A DNA stretch of 64,000 nt from the NCBI GenBank assembly GCA_963803975.1, contig CAWDOY010000042.1, forward strand, positions 1 through 64,000, given 5' to 3'. The translations under genes and the position numbers were made by a program. A model generated the notes under the pieces. That model saw nothing but the letters and a program-made list of their open reading frames with translations. It was not told where the DNA came from and made no database searches. Shown here in pieces: positions 9,849-19,346 of this stretch. The stretch comes from an uncultured delta proteobacterium. GTDB lineage: Bacteria > Desulfobacterota > WTBG01 > CAIYCZ01. Position 1 is the first letter of the stretch. Each line of letters opens with the position of its first letter.

Positions 9849-10399
9849 GGGACGCCGGATAATTTCCGCGCTTCTTCAAAGGCGATGGCAAGGGTATAGG
9901 CGCAGAGCGTATATCCTGCATCACGAGGGGAAAGCGCTTCAGCAAGGGTTTTACCAATCATTTCAGCGGCAAGATAGGGGACATCAGAGCAGCCGCCGCC
10001 GGAAATATTTACAATCTTCCGGGTGGCTTTTTCAAAAGTGATTTTCATATTTGCTGCCCTGACCATGACATAGTCGCCAAAATCCTTGACATGGCAGATC
10101 TCCGTGGGCCGCAGCAGCTCTTCCACAATATTTATTATATCAAGGGGCTGACAGCTGTTTTGCTCCAGGGTCCGCACAATTCCAATTTGCTCCACCAGGG
10201 GAAATTCCAAAGACAGGTCACAGCCGGTACGGTACTGGGGCGGCGGCGCAACCACCCGGATATAGTCATACCCTGCTTTTTTAAGGAGCCCCTCGGCGCG
10301 AATAACTTCATTGACGCTGCCGTAGATCAAGAGGCCCCGTGCCTCCTCATAGTTCCCGGCAGGCTGCTTTTCCTTCAGACCGAACAATTTCTTCAGCAT
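9845..10399 (-). CDS. DUF3343 (putative Se/S carrier) domain protein with a Cys-containing C-terminal extension
   Basis: Likely start MLKKLFG at 10399; VIRAE.LLK..G...RVVAPP..RTGCDL; ISGGGCSDVPYL and CAY motifs. Confidence 0.75.
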   Translation of the reverse strand: MLKKLFGLKEKQPAGNYEEARGLLIYGSVNEVIRAEGLLKKAGYDYIRVVAPPPQYRTGCDLSLEFPLVEQIGIVRTLEQNSCQPLDIINIVEELLRPTEICHVKDFGDYVMVRAANMKITFEKATRKIVNISGGGCSDVPYLAAEMIGKTLAEALSPRDAGYTLCAYTLAIAFEEARKLSGVP

Positions 10400-10415
10400 G
10401 GACGCGCGCTGCCTC

Positions 10416-10631
10416 CTATGGTCTGGTGAGGGTGAGCAGAAATTCGTTTTCCCGCTCTTCCACGCTGACACCCCAGCCCTGCTGGGCTGCCAGACGGGAG
10501 ATGTTGTCTCGCGCAGCGGCACTGTCGGCAAGCACCTCAATCGTGCCGCTGCCCGCCTCATTCATTTTATTGCGTGCCAGCAATACCGGTTGCGGGCACG
10601 AAAGCCCCCGGGCATCAATACGCTCAGCCAT
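10416..10631 (-). CDS. TusA/SirA-family sulfur carrier
   Basis: 71 aa, IDARGLSCPQP motif. Confidence 0.92.
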   Translation of the reverse strand: MAERIDARGLSCPQPVLLARNKMNEAGSGTIEVLADSAAARDNISRLAAQQGWGVSVEERENEFLLTLTRP

Positions 10632-10722
10632 TGGTTTCTCCTTTTCCTTAAACGCAGAGTACGCAGTGCTCGCAGAGAAGATATTTTATGTTTTAATTTC
10701 CTCAGCGTGCTGCGGTTTAATG

Positions 10723-11376
10723 TCATTTAAACTGCTTGGTGAATTTTGTAATGATATGCACCAAGATGGAGCTTTTCTTTGCAACAAACTGCGCGGTCCT
10801 CAAGGCTGCGAGAAACTCCTGCGGCGTCTCAAACTCATCCATTATCGCGTATGACTTTCCGATCTCCCACGGCTGATGGGCATCGCTTCCCACCACCGGG
10901 ATAACACCGCGTTTTTTACTCTCTTCAACAAACTCCCTATCCGTCTCCTGAAAAACATCCCGCGAATTAAAGACCTCGATCATATCAACATCTGAAATTA
11001 TCTCCTCCAGGGCATCCCGGGTGATGCGCGAGGGGCGGAGGGTGTCAAACGGGTGGGGGATGGAGACAAGGCCGCCCTGCCGCCTGATTTCCTGAATGGT
11101 CTCCTTGACCGGCAGACCGGCCGGGATTTTTTCAGCAAGGAAATAGCCGATGATTTCCCCCTCCCGGGTTTTAATCTCTTCCGCCACGATAACCTTTATC
11201 TGACGGGCCAGGGATTTAAGCTCCAGGGCTCCAGCGATGGTGTTGTGGTCGGTAATGGCAACAGCATTCAGGCCGCGCTTGCGCGCGATCTGCTCAATCT
11301 TCCGCACCGGCAGAAAGGCGCTGCAGGGAGAATAAGCGGTATGCACATGAAGGTCTATTTTTAATCTCATTGACAT
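10723..11376 (-). CDS. PHP-domain metallophosphoesterase
   Basis: DLHVHT, AITDHN, PHPF, EVFNSR and GSDAH motifs. Confidence 0.92.
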   Translation of the reverse strand: MSMRLKIDLHVHTAYSPCSAFLPVRKIEQIARKRGLNAVAITDHNTIAGALELKSLARQIKVIVAEEIKTREGEIIGYFLAEKIPAGLPVKETIQEIRRQGGLVSIPHPFDTLRPSRITRDALEEIISDVDMIEVFNSRDVFQETDREFVEESKKRGVIPVVGSDAHQPWEIGKSYAIMDEFETPQEFLAALRTAQFVAKKSSILVHIITKFTKQFK

Positions 11377-11487
11377 AGGTGTTTTTTTTATCTATACAGT
11401 TTTTTCGAGCGCCTGATAAGCACCGGGGTGCAAGCACGTTATTATTATATAACCGCCAACTTCTCAATAAAAATTTTAAACTGCCTT

Positions 11488-12328
11488 ATGAAACAGGTAA
11501 GCTGCGCGGTAATTACCGACCACGTCAGGAAGATGTGCCTGGAAGCAAATTTTGACTCTGGGTGAAGATGTGCTGCAGGCATTTAATGCCGCAGAGAAGA
11601 ACGAGGAGTCTCCCATCGGCAGGGAGATCATGGGCATGCTTACGGAGAATGCCCGGATTGCAAAGGATGAATCCATCCCCATGTGTCAGGACACCGGGTT
11701 TGCCGTCTTTTTTGTCGAGCTGGGCGATGACGTGCGCGTTATCGACGGCAACCTTGTTGAGGCCATCAATGAAGGCGTGCGCCGGGGCTACCAGGAAGGC
11801 TATCTGCGCAAATCCATCTGCCATCCCTTTACCCGCAAAAATACCGGCGACAATACCCCCGCGGTCGTGCATGTGGAACTGGTGCCCGGAGACAGGCTGA
11901 AAATCATCTTTGCCCCCAAGGGCGGCGGCAGCGAGAACATGAGCCGCGTCACCATGCTCAGGCCTTCTGACGGGAAAAAGGGCATAAAGGATTTTGTGGT
12001 GACCAGGGTAAAGGAATCAGGCGCCAATCCCTGCCCGCCGACAATTGTGGGCGTGGGTATCGGCGGGACGTTTGAAAAGGCGGCTTGGCTCGCAAAAAAG
12101 GCGCTGCTCAGGCCGCTCGGGAGCGCGCATCCTGACCCGGAGCTGGCGGCATTTGAACAGGAGATCTTTGCAGCAATCAATAATCTCGGCATCGGGCCGC
12201 AGGGGTTTGGCGGGAGCACGACATCGCTTGCCGTCCATATCGAGCTGTTTCCGTGTCATATTGCCAGTTTGCCGGTGGCGGTGAACATTAACTGTCATGC
12301 GCATAGGCATAAAGAAGTGATTCTTTAG
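11488..12328 (+). CDS. fumA: Class I fumarate hydratase, alpha subunit (frameshift near 11552)
   Basis: MKQVSCAVITDHVRKMCLEANF joins ORF 11552-12328; PMCQDTG, KGGGSEN, NPCPP and CHAHRH motifs. Confidence 0.92.
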
Positions 12329-12480
12329 AAGGCAACGAGGCAACAGGCAATAGGCACAAAGGAATTGCAGATTGCGGAATGGAAAGTCGTGACTCGTGAC
12401 CAGTGACTCGTGGCTCAAACAACGGGTCACTGGCGACGGGACACGGGTCACGGATTTGCTGACAGCTGAAAGCTTTGCTT
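12329..12480. repeat. Intergenic ~7-bp-period repeat tract
   Basis: GGCAACGAGGCAACAGGCAATAGGCA; GTGACTCGTGACCAGTGACTCGTG; GCTGACAGCTGAAAGCT. Confidence 0.6.
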
Positions 12481-12497
12481 AAAAACACTCAACGAGG

Positions 12498-13064
12498 TTG
12501 CAAAAAACAGTGAGCGAGATCATACTGACGCCTCCGTTAACAGACAGCGACGTGGAAAAGCTGAAAAGCGGGGACCGGGTGCTGGTTACCGGCAACATCT
12601 ACACGGGACGTGATGCAGCTCACAAGCGCCTGGTTGATTTGCTTGATGAAGGCAAAGCACTGCCGTTTGACATCCGCGGGCAGATAATATATTTTGTCGG
12701 GCCGACGCCTGCGCCTCCGGGACGAGCGGTTGGCGCTGCCGGCCCTACCACCAGCTACCGCATGGATGCCTATTCACCGCGCCTCATCGCAGAGGGGCTC
12801 AAGGGCATGATAGGCAAAGGGTCCCGGTCGGCAGAAGTGATTGCAGCGATGAAAAAATATAAGTGCATCTATTTTGCTGCCATTGGCGGAGCCGGCGCTC
12901 TGATCGCACAATGCATTAAAAGTGCGGAAATCGTTGCCTATGAAGACCTGGGGCCGGAGGCGATTCGCCTCATGCGCGTGGAGAAGCTGCCGCTCTTTGT
13001 GGTGAATGATATTTTCGGCAATGACCTGTACCAGGCCGGGCTGAAGCAGTACGCCCGCCTTTGA
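12498..13064 (+). CDS. fumB: Class I fumarate hydratase, beta subunit
   Basis: YTGRDAAHKRL, AGPTTSYRMD, MIGKG and DLGPEAI motifs. Confidence 0.93.
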   Translation: MQKTVSEIILTPPLTDSDVEKLKSGDRVLVTGNIYTGRDAAHKRLVDLLDEGKALPFDIRGQIIYFVGPTPAPPGRAVGAAGPTTSYRMDAYSPRLIAEGLKGMIGKGSRSAEVIAAMKKYKCIYFAAIGGAGALIAQCIKSAEIVAYEDLGPEAIRLMRVEKLPLFVVNDIFGNDLYQAGLKQYARL

Positions 13065-13137
13065 TGACCTGCCTTTTCCTGCGCAAGCACGTATCTAATC
13101 CGATTCTCTCTTTATATAATTGCGCGGTTTTACCTTA

Positions 13138-13166
13138 TTGAAATAAAAACTGCTCTGTGGTAGTAT
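13138..13166 (+). promoter_or_regulatory. Sigma-70 promoter of the sdh cluster
   Basis: TTGAAA-N17-TAGTAT with an extended -10 TG. Confidence 0.55.
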
Positions 13167-13207
13167 CAACCGTTTTTTACCGACGACCATAAACGGAGGA
13201 TATCAGT

Positions 13208-13519
13208 ATGTTTGTCTGGGTATTTCATCGCATCAGCGGCCTGGTCATGATCGCGCTCTTCGGCTACAAGATATACAGCGGGTTTGGCACCGCAGGCGCA
13301 CTGGGTAAAGATGTGATTCCCTACTGGACGAATCTGCACAGCAATCTGGCAGTGGACACGGTCGCGATATTTCTCTTTATCTATCACAGCCTCTACGGGG
13401 TGCGAACCTGCCTGGTTGACCTGGGCTTAAAAAAGCAGGAAAAACCGCTCTTCTGGGGGCTCTCGGCAGCAGGCCTGGCGCTCTATCTGTTTGTCTGTTT
13501 CCAGTGGTTGTTTAAATAA
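13208..13519 (+). CDS. sdhC: Succinate dehydrogenase/fumarate reductase cytochrome b anchor (3 TM)
   Basis: WVFHRISG and YHSLYGVR..LVD motifs; lies directly upstream of sdhA. Confidence 0.8.
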   Translation: MFVWVFHRISGLVMIALFGYKIYSGFGTAGALGKDVIPYWTNLHSNLAVDTVAIFLFIYHSLYGVRTCLVDLGLKKQEKPLFWGLSAAGLALYLFVCFQWLFK

Positions 13520-13526
13520 AAAAATG

Positions 13527-13608
13527 AACCGCAGAGCACACAGAGAACGCAGAGATTTTAGGAGATAGAACAGTTTTTTCTCTGCGCACTCCGCGGCCTC
13601 CGCGGTGA
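13527..13608. repeat. Intergenic imperfect palindrome of 9-bp-period units (related copies ~10652-10718, ~57488-57648, ~7986-8004)
   Basis: CCGCAGAGCACACAGAGAACGCAGAG ... CTCTGCGCACTCCGCGGCCTCCGCGG. Confidence 0.6.
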
Positions 13609-13628
13609 ATAGAAGGTTACCCCAGTCT

Positions 13629-15329
13629 ATGCTTAAACACGATGTGCTGGTTATCGGAGCAGGGCTTGCAGGCCTCAGGGCAGCGGTCGGCACGTCCACC
13701 CGCTACGACACGGCAGTGCTGTCAAAAGTCCACCCGGTCCGCTCCCATTCAATTGCTGCACAGGGCGGCATGAATGCCGCGCTTGCCAACGTCGAAGGCA
13801 GTAAAGACGACACCCCGGAAAAGCACACGTTTGACACGGTGAAGGGCAGCGACTACCTTGCCGACCAGCCCGCGGCGCGGAAGATGTGCGAGCAGGCGCC
13901 GCTTCTGGTCTATGAGCTTGAGCACTGGGGCTGCCCGTGGAGCAGGCTTGACAACGGTAAAATTGCCCAGCGCCCGTTCGGCGGTGCCGGGTACCCGCGC
14001 TGCTGCTATTCTTCCGACCGCACCGGCCACGTCATTCTGCATACCCTGTATGAGCGGGCGGTAGAGCTTGGCGTGAACGTATATGAAGAATGGCTGGCGC
14101 TCTCACTTGCCATTGATAACGGCCGGATTCATGGCGTCATCGCCATGGAGATGGCCACCGGCAGGCTGGAAGTTTTTGCAGCAAAAACCGTGGTTATAGC
14201 GACCGGCGGGTACGGGAGGCTTTTTGCGCGCTCCAGCAACGCCCTCATCAACACCGGCTCAGGCATCGCCCTTGCCTATGAGGCAGGGCTTCCCATTGAA
14301 GACATGGAGTTCGTGCAGTTCCATCCCACCACCCTCTACGGCACCAATATTCTGATGACTGAAGGGGCGCGCGGTGAAGGCGGGTATCTGGTTAATAACC
14401 GGGGCGAGCGGTTTATGGAAAAATATGCCCCGTCGGTCATGGAACTGGCTCCCCGGGATATTGTTTCCCGAAGCATTCAGACCGAGATCAATGAAGGCCG
14501 CGGCTTTAACCATGAGTATGTGCATCTTGACCTCAGGCATCTGGGCGCAAAGAAAATAATTGAGCGGCTGCCGGGCATCAGGGAAATTGCCATTGACTTT
14601 GCCGGCATAGACCCCATTCATGACCCTATTCCCATTCAGCCGGGGCAGCACTATTCCATGGGCGGAATTGCAACCGATGTGACCGGTGCCACAAACGTAA
14701 AAGGCCTTTATTCTGCCGGCGAGTGTGCCTGTGTCTCGGTGCACGGCGCAAACCGTCTCGGCGGGAACTCGTTACTTGATACCACGGTATTCGGCAAACT
14801 GGTGGCCGAGGCGATCCCGCAGTATCTTGACAGCGGCGCCGACGCGCCGGACGCAAAGATCCTTGCGGCAGAGCTGAAAAAACAGCAGGAGCTGATCACG
14901 GGAATTTTTTCCCGCAAACACGGCACGGAAACGGTGGGCACTATTCTGTCTGAAATGAAAGAGACCATGTTCAATCAGTGCGGCATTTTCCGCGAGCGGA
15001 AATTGCTTGAGAAGTGCTACGCTAAAATTAAAGAATTAAAGGAGCGCTATAAAAACGTAGCCATACAGAACAGCTCTTCGCAGCGCTACAACCCGGGACT
15101 GATGAACACGCTGGAGCTCAGGGGCATGCTGGAGCTGGCGGAGATTATTGTCGCCGGCGCCATCCCCCGCGAGGAAAGCCGCGGCTCACATTCCCGCACG
15201 GACTTTCCGGTCCGGGATGACCAGAACTGGCTCAAGCACACCATGGCCGTCAACGCTGCCGATGGTCCGGTGTTCAGCTATACTGATGTGGAGATAACCG
15301 ATTATGAGCCCAAAGAACGGAAATACTGA
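13629..15329 (+). CDS. sdhA: Succinate dehydrogenase/fumarate reductase flavoprotein
   Basis: GAGLAG, RSHSIAAQGG (covalent FAD His), QFHPT, TEGARGEGG, HGANRLGGNSL and ESRGSH motifs. Confidence 0.97.
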   Translation: MLKHDVLVIGAGLAGLRAAVGTSTRYDTAVLSKVHPVRSHSIAAQGGMNAALANVEGSKDDTPEKHTFDTVKGSDYLADQPAARKMCEQAPLLVYELEHWGCPWSRLDNGKIAQRPFGGAGYPRCCYSSDRTGHVILHTLYERAVELGVNVYEEWLALSLAIDNGRIHGVIAMEMATGRLEVFAAKTVVIATGGYGRLFARSSNALINTGSGIALAYEAGLPIEDMEFVQFHPTTLYGTNILMTEGARGEGGYLVNNRGERFMEKYAPSVMELAPRDIVSRSIQTEINEGRGFNHEYVHLDLRHLGAKKIIERLPGIREIAIDFAGIDPIHDPIPIQPGQHYSMGGIATDVTGATNVKGLYSAGECACVSVHGANRLGGNSLLDTTVFGKLVAEAIPQYLDSGADAPDAKILAAELKKQQELITGIFSRKHGTETVGTILSEMKETMFNQCGIFRERKLLEKCYAKIKELKERYKNVAIQNSSSQRYNPGLMNTLELRGMLELAEIIVAGAIPREESRGSHSRTDFPVRDDQNWLKHTMAVNAADGPVFSYTDVEITDYEPKERKY

Positions 15330-16056
15330 TCTTCAGTACATCTTTAAAATATTCCGTTTTGATCCTGACCAGGACCGGGAGCCGCGCTATGACACGTTTC
15401 ACAAGCTGCTCCCCTACGGCACCACGGTTCTTGAGGCTCTGCTGAATATCCAGGAAACAGACGATGACAGCCTGGCGTTTCGCTTTTCCTGCCGCAGCGC
15501 GGTGTGCGGCTCCTGCGGCATGCTGGTGAACGGCACGCCGGTGCTTGCCTGCCGCACCCAGCTGGCAAAGCTCATCGGCAGCCAGGTGCTGGTAGAGCCG
15601 CTGCCGAACATGGAAATCATCAAGGACCTGGTGGTGAACATGTCCCCCTTCTGGGAGTCATACCGCAGGATCGAGCCCTGGCTGCACACCAATGGTGACA
15701 ATCCGCCGAAGGAAGAGCGGCTCCAGTCGCCGGCGCAGGAGAAGAAGCTTGATCCCTATATAAACTGCATCCTGTGCGCCTGCTGCTACGGGGCCTGCCC
15801 GGTGCTCGGGTTTGATGAGGAGTACCTGGGGCCTGCGGCAATCGCCAAGCTGTTCCGCTTTATGGCTGATTCCCGTGACCAGCGGGGCCTGAAATTTCTC
15901 GAGAAGGTTGACCGGCGCACCGGCGTGTGGAACTGCCGCACGATTTTCCGCTGCATTGATGCCTGTCCCAAGGACATCCGGCCGACGGACACCATCCTTG
16001 CGCTCAAGCGCAAGCTGACGCTGTACCGGTTTAAGAAGTTTTTCAGGTTGCTGTAA
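15304..16056 (+). CDS. sdhB: Succinate dehydrogenase/fumarate reductase Fe-S subunit
   Basis: SCRSAVCGSC (2Fe-2S), CILCACCYGACP (4Fe-4S), CRTIFRCIDACP (3Fe-4S). Confidence 0.96.
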   Translation: MSPKNGNTDLQYIFKIFRFDPDQDREPRYDTFHKLLPYGTTVLEALLNIQETDDDSLAFRFSCRSAVCGSCGMLVNGTPVLACRTQLAKLIGSQVLVEPLPNMEIIKDLVVNMSPFWESYRRIEPWLHTNGDNPPKEERLQSPAQEKKLDPYINCILCACCYGACPVLGFDEEYLGPAAIAKLFRFMADSRDQRGLKFLEKVDRRTGVWNCRTIFRCIDACPKDIRPTDTILALKRKLTLYRFKKFFRLL

Positions 16057-16087
16057 AAAGCTGAGCTAGCTGTTTAAAGGGGTTCTG

Positions 16088-16564
16088 ATGAAGCTCAAGG
16101 AATCGCTGCTTTCACGAAGAGATTTTTTTACCGGCTTGATTTACGGAAGCCTGGGCTCAGTGGCTGCCTATCTCGCTTATCCGGTGGTGCGGTTTCTCTA
16201 TTATGAAAAGAAGCTGCCGCTTCCCAAAGCGGTAACCATTACGCTGGCTGACATCGAGAAGCTCTCTCCCAACTCGGCGGTCTATTTCCAGTACGGGTAT
16301 CTGCCGGGCATCCTGGTGCGGACCGAGTCCGGAGACATTAAGGCGTTCAGCGCCAAGTGCACGCACCTTGACTGCAATGTGAACTATAAGCCGGACACTA
16401 AAACCTTTTACTGCGCGTGCCATGACGGTTATTTTGATATAACCGGAAAGAATATCGCCGGCCCTCCGCCCACGCCGCTGGTGGCATTTAATGTCAAGCA
16501 GGAGGCCGATCATATGGTCATTACGTATCCGGAAGAGGGCGGGGAGGAAGCCAAAAAGGCTTGA
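16088..16564 (+). CDS. Rieske 2Fe-2S protein with Tat anchor
   Basis: SRRDFF followed by a TM helix; CTHLDC and CACHDG; GPPP. Confidence 0.93.
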   Translation: MKLKESLLSRRDFFTGLIYGSLGSVAAYLAYPVVRFLYYEKKLPLPKAVTITLADIEKLSPNSAVYFQYGYLPGILVRTESGDIKAFSAKCTHLDCNVNYKPDTKTFYCACHDGYFDITGKNIAGPPPTPLVAFNVKQEADHMVITYPEEGGEEAKKA

Positions 16565-16607
16565 GGATACATTAATCGCAGGGAAATTGGTTGGTTGAAA
16601 TAGCACC

Positions 16608-17696
16608 ATGGAAGAACAAAAGATCCAGGTAAAAAAAGCTCTTGATGAGCGGTTCATGCTGGGGGCGCTCATCGATCTGGCGCGCAAGAAGCTGGTGCCG
16701 GTCCACAAGCACACCATCTGGTACTATATGGGAGCGCTGCTGCTCATATTATTCATGATCCAGATGGTGACCGGCCCGATACTTCTTTTTTACTACAAGC
16801 CGGCAGCTGAAACCGCGTACCAGAGCGTTGCCGAGATCATGGTCAAGGTGCCCTACGGCTGGCTGATCCGCTCGGTGCACCACTGGTCGAGCAACCTGAT
16901 GATTTTAGTCGCCTTTGTCCATTTTTTTTCCACGTTTCTGGTCAAGGCCTACCGCCGGCCGCGCGAATTCACCTGGCTTACCGGCATGGTGATGTTCCTG
17001 CTGGTGCTGTTTCTGGGCTACACCGGCTACACCCTGCCCTTTGATGAGCGCGCCTTCTTTGCCCTGAACGTGGGCACTGACATGCCGGGCGCTATTCCGG
17101 TAGTGGGCCAGTACGTTCTGGAGTTCCTGCGCGGCGGTGCCCAGGTGGGGGCGCATACCCTGAACCGGTTCTTTGCCCTGCACGTGGGCGTGCTGCCGCT
17201 GGCGCTTCTGGCAGTGCTTGCTATTCATATCATACTCGTCCAGATGCACGGGATGAGCGTCCCGGTGTCAATTGAGAAAAAGGCCAGGGAAGAAAAGAAG
17301 AAAATCCCTGCCAAGCCCATGTTTCCCCATTTTGTATGGCATGACGCGGTCAACGGCCTGGTGCTGGTGGGACTTTTGTTTACCCTTGCCATATGCTTGC
17401 CCTCAGAGCTGGGATCGGTCATTGATTACCTGAAGCCGGCGCCGGCGGGCGTGAAGCCGGACTGGTTCTTCCTCTGGGTCTACCAGATACTTAAATGGAT
17501 TCCCACCTATGTGCTGGGCATAGAGGGAGAAGTAGTAGGCATAACCGGGCTGGCGCTGGCGGCAGTGGTTATATTCTGCGCGCCGTTTGTCGACTGGAAA
17601 TCGCAGCGCAATGAACGGAGCCCGCTGTTTACCGCCTTTGCCGTAGTCAGCCTGTTGGTTTTTTTAGTTTGTACCGCGATCGGATTTTTCTTTTAA
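16608..17696 (+). CDS. Cytochrome b of a Rieske/cytochrome b complex (b6-like part fused to subunit IV)
   Basis: GWLIRSVHHW, VH, TLNRFFALH, IH heme ligands; Qo motif PDWF. Confidence 0.93.
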   Translation: MEEQKIQVKKALDERFMLGALIDLARKKLVPVHKHTIWYYMGALLLILFMIQMVTGPILLFYYKPAAETAYQSVAEIMVKVPYGWLIRSVHHWSSNLMILVAFVHFFSTFLVKAYRRPREFTWLTGMVMFLLVLFLGYTGYTLPFDERAFFALNVGTDMPGAIPVVGQYVLEFLRGGAQVGAHTLNRFFALHVGVLPLALLAVLAIHIILVQMHGMSVPVSIEKKAREEKKKIPAKPMFPHFVWHDAVNGLVLVGLLFTLAICLPSELGSVIDYLKPAPAGVKPDWFFLWVYQILKWIPTYVLGIEGEVVGITGLALAAVVIFCAPFVDWKSQRNERSPLFTAFAVVSLLVFLVCTAIGFFF

Positions 17697-17720
17697 CCAG
17701 GTCGTAACAGGAATCTTTCT

Positions 17721-18044
17721 ATGAAACGCATTCTTGCATGCTCGCTTCTGTTTGCCTGCGCGGCAGCAGGTTTCATGAACTTTTTCATGAGCCCCCCGGC
17801 GCATGCCGAAGAAGCTGCCCCGATGAAAACCATACCGGCCACGGAGATAAAGAAAGAAGAAGCCGCCGGCGCCGGAAACATTTCCCCCGAAGAGGTGGAG
17901 AAGGCGCGTGCCATAACCGCGGAGCGGATCTACTGGCTTATCGGTTTATGGCTGCTGATACTGCTTGCCGCGGTTCTCATCCGCTGGCAGCTGCGCCATG
18001 ATGACAAGCTGTATGAAGAGGGCTATTACACCAGGGAGCTTTAG
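17721..18044 (+). CDS. Small exported protein with a C-terminal TM helix; no CxxCH
   Basis: Signal peptide (AHA|EE) and one C-terminal hydrophobic helix; directly follows cytochrome b. Confidence 0.65.
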   Translation: MKRILACSLLFACAAAGFMNFFMSPPAHAEEAAPMKTIPATEIKKEEAAGAGNISPEEVEKARAITAERIYWLIGLWLLILLAAVLIRWQLRHDDKLYEEGYYTREL

Positions 18045-18145
18045 CAGGCTGTCGGAAAAGCACCGGACCCCCTTAACCTCTGAGGCGCACCGTTCCGAAT
18101 GCTGCGTGTTAACGGACCGGAAGATGGGCATTTTGAAACGTCTGG
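18045..18145 (+). mobile_element. Diverged short member of the MITE family
   Basis: TTAG|CAGGCTGTCGGAAAA start, internal TGAGGCGCAC, and end GAAGATGGGCATTTTGAAACGTCTG all resemble the other copies. Confidence 0.5.
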
Positions 18146-18163
18146 AACAACTTAAGGTGAGCT

Positions 18164-19326
18164 ATGAAGATTCATGAGTTTCAGGCAAAGAAGATTTTTT
18201 CTGAATACGGCATTCCCATTCCGCGCGGCGAGGTTGCAAAAACCCCCGAGGAAGCAAAAGCAATAGCAGAGAAGCTGGGCGGCACGGTGGTGGTCAAGGC
18301 CCAGATCCACGCGGGCGGCCGCGGCAAGGGCGGCGGCGTGAAAGTCGTCAGGAATGCGGACGAGGCATACCAGGCGGCCAAAGCCATTATCGGCATGAAC
18401 CTGGTGACCCATCAGACCGGCCCCCAGGGCACAAAAGTGAAGCAGGTGCTGGTTGAAGAAGGGCTGGAAGTGGAAAAAGAGCTCTACATGGGCGTTGTGA
18501 TTGACCGCAGCCAGGCAGTGCCGGTTATTATGGCATCAGAAGCGGGCGGCATGGATATTGAAGAAGTTGCCGCCAGGACGCCGGAGAAAATTCTCAAAGT
18601 CAGCTGTTGACCCGGCCACTGGATTTACTGCCTATCATGCGCGGAAGATTTCTTACGGCCTTAACCTGAATGCCGACCTCGTTAAGAAGGCAGCGCCGTT
18701 TATCTCCAGCCTGTATAAGATTTTCATGGCCAAGGATTGCTCGCTTATCGAGATAAACCCGCTGGTCATCACCAGCGGACGGCAACCTGCTGGCTCTTGA
18801 CGCGAAGATGACGTTTGATGACGACGGCCTCTTCCGCCATCCCGAGCTGAAAGAGCTCTATGATGTGGATGAGCAGGAGCCGCTGGAAGTGGAAGCCGGC
18901 AGGAATAAGCTGAACTATATAAAGCTTGACGGCAATGTGGGCTGCATGGTCAATGGCGCCGGTCTGGCCATGGCAACCATGGACATCATCAAGATAGCGG
19001 GCGGCGCGCCGGCAAATTTTCTTGATGTGGGCGGCGGCGCATCTGCCGAGCAGGTGGAAAATGCCTTGCGCATTCTGCTTTCAGACCCGCATGTGAAAGT
19101 CGTGCTGATAAATATTTTCGGCGGAATTCTGCGCTGCGACCGGGTGGCAACCGGTATTGTCGAGGCGGCAAAGCGCATTGAGATGAAGCTGCCCATGGTG
19201 GTGCGGCTGGAAGGCACTAACGTTGAGGACGGGCGGCGCATCCTCAAGGAATCAGGGCTGAAATTTGACGTGGCGACAACCTTTGAAGATGCGGCACAAA
19301 AGGTTTCACGCCTGGCCAAGGCATAA
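18164..19326 (+). CDS. sucC: Succinyl-CoA synthetase beta subunit (two frameshifts, ~18603 and ~18780)
   Basis: [39 protein letters not shown] and NFLDVGGGA motifs. Confidence 0.95.
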
Positions 19327-19346
19327 GGAGACGGGAGGCAGCAGGT

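Noticed and set aside
12329..12480. CRISPR array in the repeat tracts or among the attC sites
   Set aside because: No constant 23-47-bp repeat with unique spacers and no cas genes
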